32,000 nucleotides of DNA from Ureaplasma parvum serovar 3 str. ATCC 27815 (lineage in GTDB: Bacteria > Bacillota_I > Bacilli_A > Mycoplasmatales > Mycoplasmoidaceae), in contig NC_010503.1 of the NCBI RefSeq assembly GCF_000019345.1, positions 300,001-332,000 on the forward strand. Reading direction: 5' to 3'. A program made the translations under genes and the position numbers. Shown here piece by piece: positions 9,058 through 20,086 of this stretch. The stretch's first letter is position 1. Each line of letters begins with the position of its first letter. A model generated the notes under the pieces. The model was not told the DNA's origin, searched no databases, and saw only the letters and a list, made by a program, of their open reading frames with translations.

Positions 9058-10118
9058 AATATATCTAAAATAGTTAAATTTAGTAAATTTAAATCATCAA
9101 TAAGAAGATGATTTTTTTTATTAATACTAACGTGTTTCAATTGATTTTTAAAATATGAATAAGCTTCATAATTAATTTTTTTATTTAGATTTAATCCATC
9201 TTTTAACCTTAAACCCATCATTAAAATTTGTTGATATAATTCGTGTTTTGTTAATACTTTTTTAATTAATATAGGGTTTTTTATAGATCCATCAAAAAAA
9301 TATACAATATTTTTTTCATAGCCATGTGCTCCCCATCCTATTGCGGCCCAGTCTTCAGTTCGTCAATAAGCTAAGTTATGTTTTGCAATATATCTGAAGT
9401 TATTTGTTCAATTACATACTTCATAACGATGAAAATTTAATCCTGCAAATTTATTAATTATATAATTCATTTGTTCAATTTCTTTTTCTTCATCGATAGT
9501 AATATGGTACTTTTTTAAAAGTGACTGTTCTTTAATTTCTAAACTATAAAAACTAACATGATTAATTTTATGATTTAAAATAAAATTAAAAACATCATCT
9601 AAGTCTTTTAATGTTAAGATTGATATGCAAAATAAAAAATCACAAGACACATTATACAATCCGTTTTTATGTAATAAATTAATCGCTTTTTTACTATCTT
9701 GATTTGTATGAATAAAATTCATTTGTTTTAACACATCATTATTCATTGATTGAACGTTAAGACTAATGCGATTAATTTTGTATTTTTTGAAGAGATTAAT
9801 TTGAGTTTGATTTATTAATTCAGGATTACATTCAATGGTATATTCGCAATTATCATCAACATAAGGAGAAATTGTTTTTAATAAAATTTCTAATTCTTGA
9901 TTGTTTAAACAATTTGGAACACCTCCGCCTAAGTAGATTGTTTTAAATTGCTTTATTTTAAAATTATTAATGTGCATTTTAATATTTTCTAAAAAATTCT
10001 TAAAAAATTTTTTTGTTTGAGGAGTTTTTAAAATACGTTTAAAATCAGAAAATATACAAATATAGTTACAAAATGGAATATGAATGTATAAATGTTTAGT
10101 TTTTTTGTTAAAAATCAT
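9054..10118 (-). CDS. hemW: HemW/HemN-like radical-SAM family protein (coproporphyrinogen-III-oxidase-like / heme chaperone family)
   Basis: Piece 9408-10118 extends through several in-frame TGA codons to TAA (9054-9056); 354 aa. The N-terminus YIHIPFCNYICIFSDF and YLGGGVPN match the HemN/HemW core, but the third Cys of the cluster motif is Ser (see findings). Confidence 0.85.
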
Positions 10119-10132
10119 AAAATAGAGATTAA

Positions 10133-10345
10133 TTATGCACTTAATAATCTAAATAATTCAGTAATAACAAAAACTAATAAAACAATTGCTCCGCAAGTTA
10201 ATATTATTAGAAAAATCGATAAAATAACGCGTTTTTTAAAGTCCATTTTTTTATGTTTTTTTGAATAAATTTGATGCTGATCAAAATCGCTTAAAACGAC
10301 AGTTTTGGTAACACGGTCTTTTGGGTTAAATGCTTTTGTACTCAT
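10133..10345 (-). CDS. Small hypothetical single-TM protein
   Basis: 70-aa ORF, 14 nt upstream of hemW on the same strand. AGAGGA precedes the ATG. C-terminal TM helix ILSIFLIILTCGAIVLLVFVI. No homology recognised. Confidence 0.45.
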   Translation of the reverse strand: MSTKAFNPKDRVTKTVVLSDFDQHQIYSKKHKKMDFKKRVILSIFLIILTCGAIVLLVFVITELFRLLSA

Positions 10346-10412
10346 TTTAAAAATCCTCTTGATTGCTGAATTATATAAAAAAATAGTTAAACGTAAAACT
10401 TATTTAGTCAGC

Positions 10413-10442
10413 TTGATAATAAAATATCAAACTTGTTATAAT
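10413..10442 (+). promoter_or_regulatory. Sigma-70-like promoter candidate for the 10525 gene
   Basis: TTGATA (10413-10418), an 18-nt spacer, then TATAAT (10437-10442). The -35 hexamer is part of a small TTGATA/TATCAA inverted repeat. Confidence 0.3.
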
Positions 10443-10524
10443 TAATAATTATATTATTACTTATCATAAATAAAAATAATTTATTTATATTCTAGGTATC
10501 TTGGAGGATTTAAAAGTTAGAATT

Positions 10525-11070
10525 ATGGGATTAAAAAAAGAAAAAAAAGATCGTTCAACGATTCAATTATTATTTGGAACAATTAAAAAACGCAAAATTG
10601 CGAACTATTTAATTATTGCTTTTGCCTTTTTAACATTTGCCTTAGCAATTATAGGAAGTTTTGAAGCTATTGCATCAAAATATGCTATTGGCATTGGATC
10701 AGGGCTTTCATTATTTATTACGATTGCTTTTAGTGTTTGACGAATTTTAATGATTCATTTAGAAAAAGAATGAAATAAAAGTGAAATTATTTGACAATCC
10801 GTTATGGGCGCAATTTTAGTATTATCAATTATTTTTTGAATATGAGCAACAACTACAACAACTATACAATATTCATCACTAAAAGAACATCTTTTATTGT
10901 TAAAACAACAAGATTCACGCGCTAATTTTGTTGTTTTAACACAAGCAACAGTGGATGAATTTGGAGTTGCTTTAAAAGGCGGGTTATGAGCTTGAGTTAT
11001 TACAAGTTGTATTTATATTTTTATCAATACTTTTAATAATATGTTTATGAAAGAAAAAAATTCAAAATAA
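10525..11070 (+). CDS. Hypothetical membrane protein
   Basis: Track piece 10501-10740 (TTG start; I prefer in-frame ATG 10525) continues through TGA codons to TAA 11068-11070. About 181 aa with 3-4 hydrophobic segments. It ends 2 nt before pncB. Confidence 0.55.
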
Positions 11071-11072
11071 TT

Positions 11073-12164
11073 ATGGGACCAATTATTCCAAATACACGTT
11101 TAATTGATTTTAAATTTGATCGAGACTTATTAAATAGTGCCTATACTGCTCATTATTTTATTAAAACATGCAAGATAATTGAATTGCATGCACCAAATCA
11201 TTCAGTTATTATGCAATTTACACACTTTAGCAAAACACCGATCATGGTGTGTGGAACAAGTGAGGTTTTAGCATTATTAGAGTTTTGTTTATCTAAAAAA
11301 GAACTAAAACAATTAAAAATATATTATGTTCCAGATGGACATGTTATTAAACCAAAAGAAGCTTTATTTGTTATCGAAGGGCCATATGAAATTTTTGGCT
11401 GATTAGAAAATATTATTGACTCAATTCTAGCACGACGTAGTTCTATAGCAACGAATTGCTATAATGTTTTAAATTTAATTAATGATGAACAAAAAGTAAT
11501 TTATATGAGTGATCGTTCTGATGATTATAGTTTACAACCATATGATGGGTATGCTGCTGCTGTTGGTGGAATGCAATACTTTGTTACGCAAAAGCAGGTT
11601 GAATTTTTAAAAGATATTAATTATGAATGTAAGGTAATTGGCTCAATGCCACATGCTTTAATTCAACAAAACAATGGTCGGATTGATTTAGCATGTGAAA
11701 TGTTTGCACAAACTTTTCCTAGCGATCCTTTAATTGCTGTTATTGATTATAATAACAATGTTTTAAATGATCTTGAACAACTACGATATATGTTTGATCG
11801 TTTGTTTGCAGTACGAATTGATACAGCTAAGGATTTAATTGATGAAAGTTTATTATCGACTTTTAATAATGTTGGTAATCGTGATTTACATGGTTGTAAT
11901 CCTTATCTTATTGCTTTAGTACGTGAATATTTAGATAATAATGGAGGAAAACATATTAAAATAATTGCTTCAAGTGGGATTGATTTAAATGGTATTAAAA
12001 ATTTTAATAAACACAATTCTGCAATTGATTTTTATGGAATAGGCACATATTTAAGTCACTTATCAGTTCACATCACTGCTGACTTGGTTTGTTTAGATAA
12101 TGTTTATGGTGCTAAAGTTGGCCGTAAAATCGCTAAGAATTTTTCTGAAATGATTTTATATTAA
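11073..12164 (+). CDS. pncB: Nicotinate phosphoribosyltransferase
   Basis: Pieces 11073-11402 and 11505-12164 are in one frame, joined by TGA; 363 aa. LRPYDGY-like segment (LQPYDGYAAAVGG), MPHALIQ, VRIDT and SSGID motifs are typical of the short NAPRTase family. Confidence 0.8.
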
Positions 12165-12239
12165 AGTTTTTAGAATTTAATGCTGGAAAAGGATTATAAT
12201 TTTAAATAATCTATTTTTAACAGAAATGTGGGTGAATTT

Positions 12240-12407
12240 ATGTCAAGAGGTGTAAGCGTTGAAGGCGATTTAGAAAAGGCTCTTAAGAAATTTAAACGTA
12301 TTTCTAATGAAACAAAAAAAGATTCTAAACGTCACGAATATTATTTAAGTCCAAGAATTCGTCGTAAAGAAAAAATTAAAGAGGCTAATAAATATCGTAG
12401 TTTCTAA
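12240..12407 (+). CDS. rpsU: 30S ribosomal protein S21
   Basis: 55-aa ORF below the track length cut-off: MSRGVSVEGDLEKALKKFKRISNETKKDSKRHEYYLSPRIRRKEKIKEANKYRSF. This is a classic S21 sequence. Confidence 0.9.
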   Translation: MSRGVSVEGDLEKALKKFKRISNETKKDSKRHEYYLSPRIRRKEKIKEANKYRSF

Positions 12408-12426
12408 ATTAGAAACGCACATGAAT

Positions 12427-12461
12427 CCAACCATTACTTGAATGTTTTGGTTGGTTTTTTC
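12427..12461 (+). terminator. Rho-independent terminator after rpsU
   Basis: CCAACCA (12427-12433) pairs with TGGTTGG (12448-12454) and is followed by a T-run. Confidence 0.5.
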
Positions 12462-12530
12462 TTTAATATTAAGATTTTTCAGAAGTGCTAGAATTATAAA
12501 AATGGTTTATGTTTAAGGAATAAATTAAAT

Positions 12531-14183
12531 ATGATTACACAAAAAATAAGTGAAGAATTAAATAAGGCTTTGGCGAAAATGGGTATTCATGATACACAGG
12601 AGACAAAGATTCTCGTTGATAAAACTAAAAATATTAAATTTGGTGATTTTTATACTAACATAGCAATGATTTTAAGTAAAAAAAATAATAAGAGTTCTTT
12701 AGAAATAGCTAAAGAAATAGCTAATAATTTTGAACAAGATTTGTTTTTAGAAGTTAATTTGCAGCCACCTGGATTTTTAAATTTTAAATTAAAAGCAAAA
12801 GATCATGAAAATTTATTGAAACAAATTTATTATGAAAAAGATAGATTTGGTCAATTCTCTAAAAAGAATATCACTTATAATATTGAATATGTTTCAGCTA
12901 ACCCCACAGGTTATTTGCATATTGCTCACGCTGCTAATGCTATTTATGGTGATATTTTAGCTAATTTATTAAAAATTTATGGATATGATGTAGAAACTGA
13001 ATATTGAATTAATGATGCTGGAAATCAAATTGATAAATTAGCAATGTCAGTGTTAGTTCGTTATTTACAATTACAAAATATTAATATTCAATTACCAGCA
13101 GATGCCTACCATGGGCAAGAAATTCATTTAGTTGCACAAACTTTATACCAAACTTATAAAAATCAATTTATTAATGTACGTTTAAATGAAAAATATGAAA
13201 TTGATGATGATATTGCTAATCAAGAAATTAAAAATTTTGCAGTTAAATACTTATTAAATGAAATTAAAAACGATTTAGCATCAATTAACACATTCATTGA
13301 TACTTATACTTCAGAAAATTGAATTCGAAATTCGGGACGTATTTTAGAAGTTTTATCAAAAATAAAACCTTACACTTATACACTAGATGGTGCTTTGTGA
13401 TTAAAAACAACTACTTTTGGTGATGATAAAGATCGTGTTTTAATTAAATCTGATGGTTCATATACATATTTCACACCAGATATTGCTTATCATGACTATA
13501 AATTTAATAAGACAAATACAACTAAATTAATTGATGTGTGGGGTACAGATCATTTAGGTTATATTGCGCGTTTAAAAGCGGCAATGAATGCTTTAGGTTA
13601 TGATCCAAATAATTTAGAAATTGTTTGTGCTCAAGTAATGAAATTAGTTAAAAATAATCAAGAATTTAAACTTTCAAAAAGGAGCGGACAATCATTAACA
13701 ATCAAGGATTTAGTTGAAATTATTGGTAAAGATGCATTACGTTGATTTTTAGGGTCATCATCTATGAATTCGCATGTTATTATTGATGTAGATATTGCCT
13801 TATCAAAAAATAACAATAATCCTTTATATTATGTTCAATACGCACATGCTCGTGCCAATCAAGTATTAAATAAACAAGTTTATGAATTAGATTTTAAAAC
13901 TGATCTATTAACAGAAACACGTGAACGTGAATTGTTGAATCAACTTCATTTCTATAAACAAACAATTGCTAATGCTGCAAATAATCGTGAACCACACCGA
14001 ATTAGTAATTATTTATATGACTTAGCTCAAATTTTTCATAATTATTATGCAAATGTTAAAATTAATAATGATAATAATAAAGTTCTATCAGCACAACGTT
14101 ATACATTAGTATGATGTGTTAAACAGGTTTTAGCTAATGGTTTGGCAATTATGAAAATAACTCCATATGATCAGATGTATTAA
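12531..14183 (+). CDS. argS: Arginyl-tRNA synthetase
   Basis: Pieces 12531-13007, 13044-13322, 13536-13745 and 13764-14114 plus a tail to TAA 14181-14183 share one frame via TGA codons. SANPTGYLHIAHA is the HIGH region. Also present: WGTDHLGY and the C-terminal anticodon-binding DALR-type region. Confidence 0.9.
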
Positions 14184-14185
14184 AA

Positions 14186-15454
14186 ATGAATAGTTTAAAT
14201 AAAAAAAGTATAAAAGATCTTGATGTAAATGGTAAAACAATAGTTTTACATTTAGATTTAAATGTTGTTGTTGATTATGAAAATAAACGCATATTAAATG
14301 ATCGTAAATTACGAGCATCACTACCAACTATTAATTATTTAATTAATCATAACGCTAAAATTGTTATTTTAAGTCATTTAGGTCGAATTAAAACCTTAGC
14401 AGATAAACAAAGTGGTAAATATAGTTTAGAAATTATTGTTGATGAACTCCGTAATCGTGTATCCAAGAATGTTAATCGTGTTGTATTTTCACCTTTAAAT
14501 TATGGAGAAACGGTCGTACAAATGGTTAATGATTTAGAAGAAAGAGACATTTTAATTTTAGAAAATACGCGTTATTGTGATATTAGTGATGAAGGTGAAT
14601 ATGTTGGGCTTGAATGAGATGGTTCAGAGATTTTAGGACAGTTTTGGGGAATGCTAGGGGATATTTTTATTGATGATGCATATGGAGTTGCTCATCGACA
14701 ATTATCATCAAATTATCAAACAGCTAAATTTGCTAAAAAAAGTGCATTAGGTTTTTTAATTGTTAATGAAATTAACCATCTAGATATTGCTTTAGAAGTT
14801 CCTAAAAGTCCGTATTTAGCTTTAATAGGTGGTAACCGTGTTGCTGATAAAATTGCAGCAATTGAAGTATTATGTGAACGGGCTGATCAAGTTATTATTG
14901 GGGGAGGATTAGTCTATACATTTTTATATGCTCAAGGGTATAACGTTGGTTTAAATTTAGTAGAACGCAATATGATTGATGATTGCAATAATATATTAGA
15001 AAAATACGGTAAAAAAATTTTAATTTGTTTTGATTTTTTATGTAACAATGATTTTAGTGATACAAGACCGATTTATCGTAAAATAGATGAAGGTCTTGAA
15101 GGGTTATATGGTTTAGATATTGGTAAAAGAAGTTTAAAATTTATTAAACATGAAATTTATCGTTCTAAAACTATTTTACTAAATGGTCCCTTTGGTGTTA
15201 TTGAAAATATTAAGAATTATGCACAAGGTACTACTGAAATATGTAAATCAATGGCAAAACAAACAACACGTGGCGCTTATACAATTATATGTGATATCGA
15301 TACTTCGAGTCATGCTGAATACCTAGGATTAGATAAATATATTAATTTTATATCTACTGGTGGGGGCGCTAGCTTATCATATATTGAAGAAGGAGTTCTT
15401 GATGGTCTTGAAACCATTGATAATGTTCCTTTAAATGTTTTAAAGAAGGAGTAA
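14186..15454 (+). CDS. pgk: Phosphoglycerate kinase
   Basis: Pieces 14186-14617 and 14651-15454 are in one frame via TGA. Motifs: ILSHLGR, DDAYGVAHR, GGNRVADKI, NGPFGV and STGGGASL. Confidence 0.9.
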
Positions 15455-15457
15455 TTT

Positions 15458-16549
15458 ATGAGTAAATTTAACGAAAAAGAAATTAGAAATAAAGCAATTG
15501 AATATATGGAAATATATGGTATGTCACGTCATGAAGAACGTGTTGCTTCCAAACTAAAAGCATCATTAAAAGATGCGGGAGTTGATTATGAACGTGATAA
15601 TTTAGGTTCAATTATTTTTAAAAAAACAAATTCAAATAAAGGACCTAAAATCTTAATTGCTACACACATGGATGAAGTTGGTTTTGTAGTTCAACAAATT
15701 CTTGATAATGGTCAATTACTATTATCAATGGTAGGTGGTGTATGGCCTAATATTGCTATTGGATCAGTAGCAAAAGTGTATGTTGATGAACAACGTCAAT
15801 ATACTGGTGTATTTGGCCATACTTCAATTCATATCTTAGAACCTGAAGCACGCAGTAAAGCAGTTCCAGTTAAAGAATTATTTGTTGATTGCGGTTTTAA
15901 TTCAAAACAACAAGCTATTGATTTAGGAATTGAAATAGGTACGGAAGTTTATATGGAAGGACCAACTTTAAATTTTTATGATGAAAATTATATTGTTGGT
16001 AAAGCTGTTGATAATCGTGTAAGTGTTGCGGTTTTAGATTTATTAATACATAGTTTAAAGGACAAAGTAATTCCCAACCAAACTTATTTTGCTGCAACAG
16101 TGCAAGAAGAAGTTGGATTACGTGGCGCAAAAACAGTTGTTTCAAAAGTAAAACCTGATATTGGGATTGTTATTGATACAACAACATCACACGATACATA
16201 CAAGTGTCCAGAGGGTGATACAAAATTAAATGATGGTGTATGTATTAGAATTAAAGATGGTGGAACTTTAGTTAATCCTAAATTAGTAAAATATTTTGAA
16301 GAATTAGCTATTAAACACAACATTCCTTTATATAAATATGTTGCACGAGGAGGCGGGACTGATGCTGAAGAATTGCAATATGGGCCTAATGGTGGAGTAT
16401 TAACAATTGGTTTGTCTATCCCACAACGTTATTTACATGCTCCAATTGGCGTAGCAACGGTTAAAGATATAAAAGCAGCCTTTGACTTAGTACGTGAGTT
16501 TTTAGAAGTATTTGATGAAAACGAATTTGAAAAAGTAAAATTTAAATAA
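15458..16549 (+). CDS. M42-family metallo-aminopeptidase (glutamyl aminopeptidase/FrvX-YsdC-like)
   Basis: Intact 363-aa ORF. HMDEVGF, GKAVDNR, QEEVGLRGA and YLHAP are typical M42 peptidase motifs. Confidence 0.85.
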   Translation: MSKFNEKEIRNKAIEYMEIYGMSRHEERVASKLKASLKDAGVDYERDNLGSIIFKKTNSNKGPKILIATHMDEVGFVVQQILDNGQLLLSMVGGVWPNIAIGSVAKVYVDEQRQYTGVFGHTSIHILEPEARSKAVPVKELFVDCGFNSKQQAIDLGIEIGTEVYMEGPTLNFYDENYIVGKAVDNRVSVAVLDLLIHSLKDKVIPNQTYFAATVQEEVGLRGAKTVVSKVKPDIGIVIDTTTSHDTYKCPEGDTKLNDGVCIRIKDGGTLVNPKLVKYFEELAIKHNIPLYKYVARGGGTDAEELQYGPNGGVLTIGLSIPQRYLHAPIGVATVKDIKAAFDLVREFLEVFDENEFEKVKFK

Positions 16550-16622
16550 TTTTTATATCAAATAAAAACCTTTTAATATAAAATTAAATATCGTAATAAA
16601 TTTATTTTTAGGAGAATAAAAT

Positions 16623-17342
16623 ATGACTGCACATAATCAAGCTAAATTAGGAGAAATAGCTAAAGTAGTACTAATGCCAGGGGACCCAATGCGCGCTAAA
16701 TGAATTGCTGAAACTTTTTTAGAAAATGCAATTTTAGTTAATGAAGTTCGTGGCATGCTATGCTATACAGGAACATATAAAGGCAAAAAAATATCAATTA
16801 TGGGCCATGGTATGGGAATTCCTTCGATCGGAATTTATTCATATGAATTATATAAATTTTATGAAGTTGAAACAATTATTCGTGTTGGTTCAACTGGTTC
16901 ATATAAAAAAGATTTGAATGTTAATGATGTGGTTTTAGTTGAAAAATCATATAGTGATTCTACATTCGCATCACTGATTGGTGCACAAGTTGGCGATGAT
17001 AAGGTTTTATTACCATCAAGAGAAGTTAATAATTTAATTAAAAATACTGCGAAGGAATTAAATTTAGAATTATCATTAGCAACTTGTCATGCTTCTGATG
17101 TGTTTTATAATAATGATTTTCAAACATTAGATGAAATTATTCATCGAACTAAATCCGATTGTGTTGATATGGAATCATTTGGTTTATTCGCAAATGCACA
17201 AATTTTAAATAAAAATGCAGCAACTTTACTAACAGTTAGTGATTCATTGATTACAGGTGATGCACTATCACCCGCAGAGCGTGCTAATACTTTTAAAAAA
17301 ATGGTAACATTAGCCTTAGAAAGCGCAATTAAATTACTTTAA
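16623..17342 (+). CDS. deoD: Purine nucleoside phosphorylase (DeoD type)
   Basis: ATG 16623 (AGGAG at 16610-16614) is in frame with piece 16755-17342 through one TGA (RAKWIAE). Motifs: LMPGDPMRAK, GHGMGIPS, RVGSTGS, DMES. Confidence 0.9.
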
Positions 17343-17437
17343 TTTTAAAAATAAATAAATTATTATTTAATGGTTAATTTTTATAAAATTAATTATAAAA
17401 ATAACATTTACTAAATTCAAAGAAAGAACAAAGCCTT

Positions 17438-17830
17438 ATGAATGCAAAAATTAAAGCCAAAACACGTTCACAAATGATAGATGAATTATCAAAAATGTTA
17501 AATATTGAAAAAAAACAAACAAAAGCATTTATGGATACTTACGAAGCTTTTTTAATTCTTGAATTATCACGAGCTAAAGAAGTTCGTTTAGGAAATATTG
17601 GAAAATTCAAGGTTAGTGTACGTGCAGAACGTAAGGGAATTAACCCTAAAACGGGTGAAACTGTAATTATTCCCGAGAAAACAATTCCTAAATTTACTTT
17701 TACTAAAGGAATTAAAGAAATTATTAATGCTGGTATTTCAATTGATAATGAAAGAGTATCGATTGATGATAATGATTTTGATGATGACGATGAATTTGTA
17801 GAAGAGTACATTGTATCAGAAAATAATTAA
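17438..17830 (+). CDS. hup: HU/IHF-family nucleoid-associated DNA-binding protein with an acidic C-terminal extension
   Basis: 130-aa ORF. The core ...VRLGNIGKFKVSVRAERKGINPKTGETVIIPEKTIPKFTF matches the HU beta-arm signature (R.GRNP.TGE...I). About 30 extra C-terminal residues are rich in D/E. Confidence 0.85.
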   Translation: MNAKIKAKTRSQMIDELSKMLNIEKKQTKAFMDTYEAFLILELSRAKEVRLGNIGKFKVSVRAERKGINPKTGETVIIPEKTIPKFTFTKGIKEIINAGISIDNERVSIDDNDFDDDDEFVEEYIVSENN

Positions 17831-17841
17831 TTAATAATATG

Positions 17842-17874
17842 AAAACACGAGTTTTAATAACTCGTGTTTTGTTA
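17842..17874 (+). terminator. Rho-independent terminator after the HU gene
   Basis: AAAACACGAGTT ... AACTCGTGTTTT perfect hairpin followed by T-rich sequence. Confidence 0.6.
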
Positions 17875-17929
17875 TTATTTAAATAAGTATAATAAATGAT
17901 TATAACTTATTTTTAATAATGGAGTAATT

Positions 17930-20086
17930 ATGAATGAATTAGTTAAAAAAAAATTAGATGATTTATATGATTTTCTTAAACAAAAAAAATATTCAAGCCA
18001 AACCATCGAATTAGTCCATAAATCATTTGATTTTGCAAACTATTATCATGGTGATCAAACAAGAAAGTCGGGAGAACCATATATCATTCATCCAATTGCA
18101 ACTGTACGAATTTTAGCTTCATGAGATATGGATGAAAGTACATTAGTAGCAGGTATGTTACACGATGTTTTAGAAGACACAAATTGTCCAGAAGAAGTTA
18201 TGGAAAAAACTTTTGGTAAAGAAGTGACGCAACTTGTTTGTTTTGTAACAAAAGTATCTCTTTATTCAAAAAATCGACGTAATAAAGTTTCACACACCAA
18301 TCTTGAAGAAAAGTATTCAATTCAAGTGTTTATGTCAATGACACAAGACATTCGTGCTATGATTATTAAAATTGCTGATCGTTATCATAATATGCAAACT
18401 ATTCAATACTTACGTTTAGAAAAAGCGAAAAGAATTGCAACAGAAACACTAGAAATTTACGCAAATATTTCTGGAAGATTAGGGATGTATCGTGTTAAAA
18501 CAGATTTATTAGATATGTCTTTTAAAATTTTAGACCCACAAAATTATCAATTAGTAAACGATTCAATTAATAAATTGGTTGAAAACAATCAAAAAAAATG
18601 AAATGAAATTTTAGCTCGTTTAAAAAATATTTTAATAGCTAATAATATTAAGGCTGAATTTGAATGGCGTCTTAAAGGTATTTACTCAACATATAAAAAA
18701 ATAACTAGTGGTTATGAAGTTAAAGATATTCATGATATCTATGCTATACGTGTAATTTTAGATGATGTATATTTATGTTATCAAACATTAGGTTTAGTAC
18801 ACATGAATTTTACGTATATTATTAACACTTTTAAAGATTATATTTCAACACCAAAATGAAATTTATACCAATCTATTCATACAACAATTTCGTATGAAGG
18901 AACTTTAGTAGAAATTCAAATCAGAACAACAAAAATGAATTTATTTGCTAATAATGGTTTAGCAGCACACTGAAAATATAAAGAACAAAAAGATAATAAA
19001 ACTGAAATTTTATTAACAGTTAATAATGTTTTATTGCGTGATTTTTTATTGAGCACAGATAAAGGAATTAAAACTATTAAAGATGTCACAACCGGAACTA
19101 TTTTTGATGTACTAATTCTTAATTCTAATAAATGAATCACTGTTTCAAATGGTTCAACATTATTAGATGTAGCATATAAATACGATATAAATAATTTTTT
19201 CAATATTTTAGCAATTTATCGGAATGGTGAGCGTTCACATTTTGACACGCATGTAGAAACTGGCGATACAATTAAAATTAGTTATTCAAATGGAATTGAA
19301 ACAATTAGACCAAACTGGATTACATTAGCTAATAATGATGTTGTTAAATTACATATTAACAATCATTTAAAAAAATATGAACTGAATAAACAAATTACAA
19401 AAGAACAATTTTTAGCTAATGCTGAATTTTTTTTAGAAGGCAAAATTATGAGTGAAGAGCATGCTATTAAAAGACTAGAAAAAGAATTTCAAGTTAATAG
19501 TATCAATACTTTTTTAGATAATATTGCTAATACTGACATTGATTTACAAACAAAATATAAAGTATTTTCAGAAAATAAACAAGTTTCACGTGAAGCAATT
19601 AATACAATTAAAAATCAAGCATGAAAATGATTAGCTGATTCTTCATATTTTAGTGGTCTAGAGAACTTGTATTTTACAGATTTTGAAATTTCGCCTTGTT
19701 GTTCTAAAATTCCTGGAATTAATTGTGTTGCTAAAATTGTTCGCAATAAAGTAGAAATTCACCGCAATGATTGTTCTAAAGTTAAAAATTCTCGCTCAAA
19801 AACAATTGTAATTGAATGATCAAAAGAAAAACTTGAGAATCGTCCGCGTTATTTTAAAGTTAACTTAACATTAAAAGGCAATTGAAGTGAATCTGTTGGA
19901 AATGTTTTATGCAACACATTAATACGCATGAAAGCAAATATTTCAAAAGTTGATATTAGTAAAAATAAGACTGCACGCACTCATGATACTTTTTTAAAAA
20001 TTTATGTAAAAAACTTAGATCACTTACAAAAGATTATTTTAGAACTTCAAGCTAAAAATGTTATTAATGAATGGAGATTGATCTAA
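17930..20086 (+). CDS. relA: Bifunctional (p)ppGpp synthetase/hydrolase, RelA/SpoT (Rel) family
   Basis: Pieces 17930-18124 and 18128-18601 and the TGA-rich remainder to TAA 20084-20086 share one frame; 718 aa. HD hydrolase motifs: HPIAT, HDVLEDT, ADRYHNM. Synthetase motifs: RLKGIYSTYKK, DIYAIRVI, YQSIHTT, EIQIRT, AAHWKYK. Also a TGS-like region, a Cys-rich ZFD (SPCCSKIPG...HRNDC) and a C-terminal ACT/RRM-like end. Confidence 0.9.

Noticed and set aside
12408-12530. Possible T-box or other riboswitch leader upstream of argS; I also looked upstream of valS, hisS and aspS
   Set aside because: The argS leader is only about 120 nt and is partly occupied by the rpsU terminator. The other synthetase genes have essentially no leader. 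No specifier or T-box sequence was recognised.
14130-14327. Track ORF 14130-14327 (-)
   Set aside because: Antisense across the argS/pgk junction; both sense genes are strongly supported.
15915-16323. Track ORFs 15915-16145 (-) and 16084-16323 (-)
   Set aside because: Antisense to the intact M42 peptidase gene.
17378-17401. A/T-only near-palindrome TTTTTATAAAATTAATTATAAAAA after deoD, and a similar A/T-only hairpin AAAATTAT-AAAA-ATAATTTT at 6434-6453
   Set aside because: Stems made only of A-T pairs are expected by chance in such AT-rich DNA and would be very weak, so I cannot support them as terminators or operators.
17539-17811. Track ORF 17539-17811 (-)
   Set aside because: Antisense to the HU gene; the serine/leucine-rich translation is a mirror of the sense codons.
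18916-19203. Track ORF 18916-19203 (-)
   Set aside because: Antisense to the rel/spoT gene.
20071-20085. Upstream alternative starts proposed by the track: pyrG at 20071, and similarly HIT at GTG 7831, SGNH at GTG 27508 and the membrane protein at TTG 10501
   Set aside because: Downstream in-frame ATGs (20086, 7834, 27517, 10525) give N-termini matching family consensus or have better RBS spacing. The 10525 choice remains uncertain because the GGAGG at 10503-10507 is far from it.
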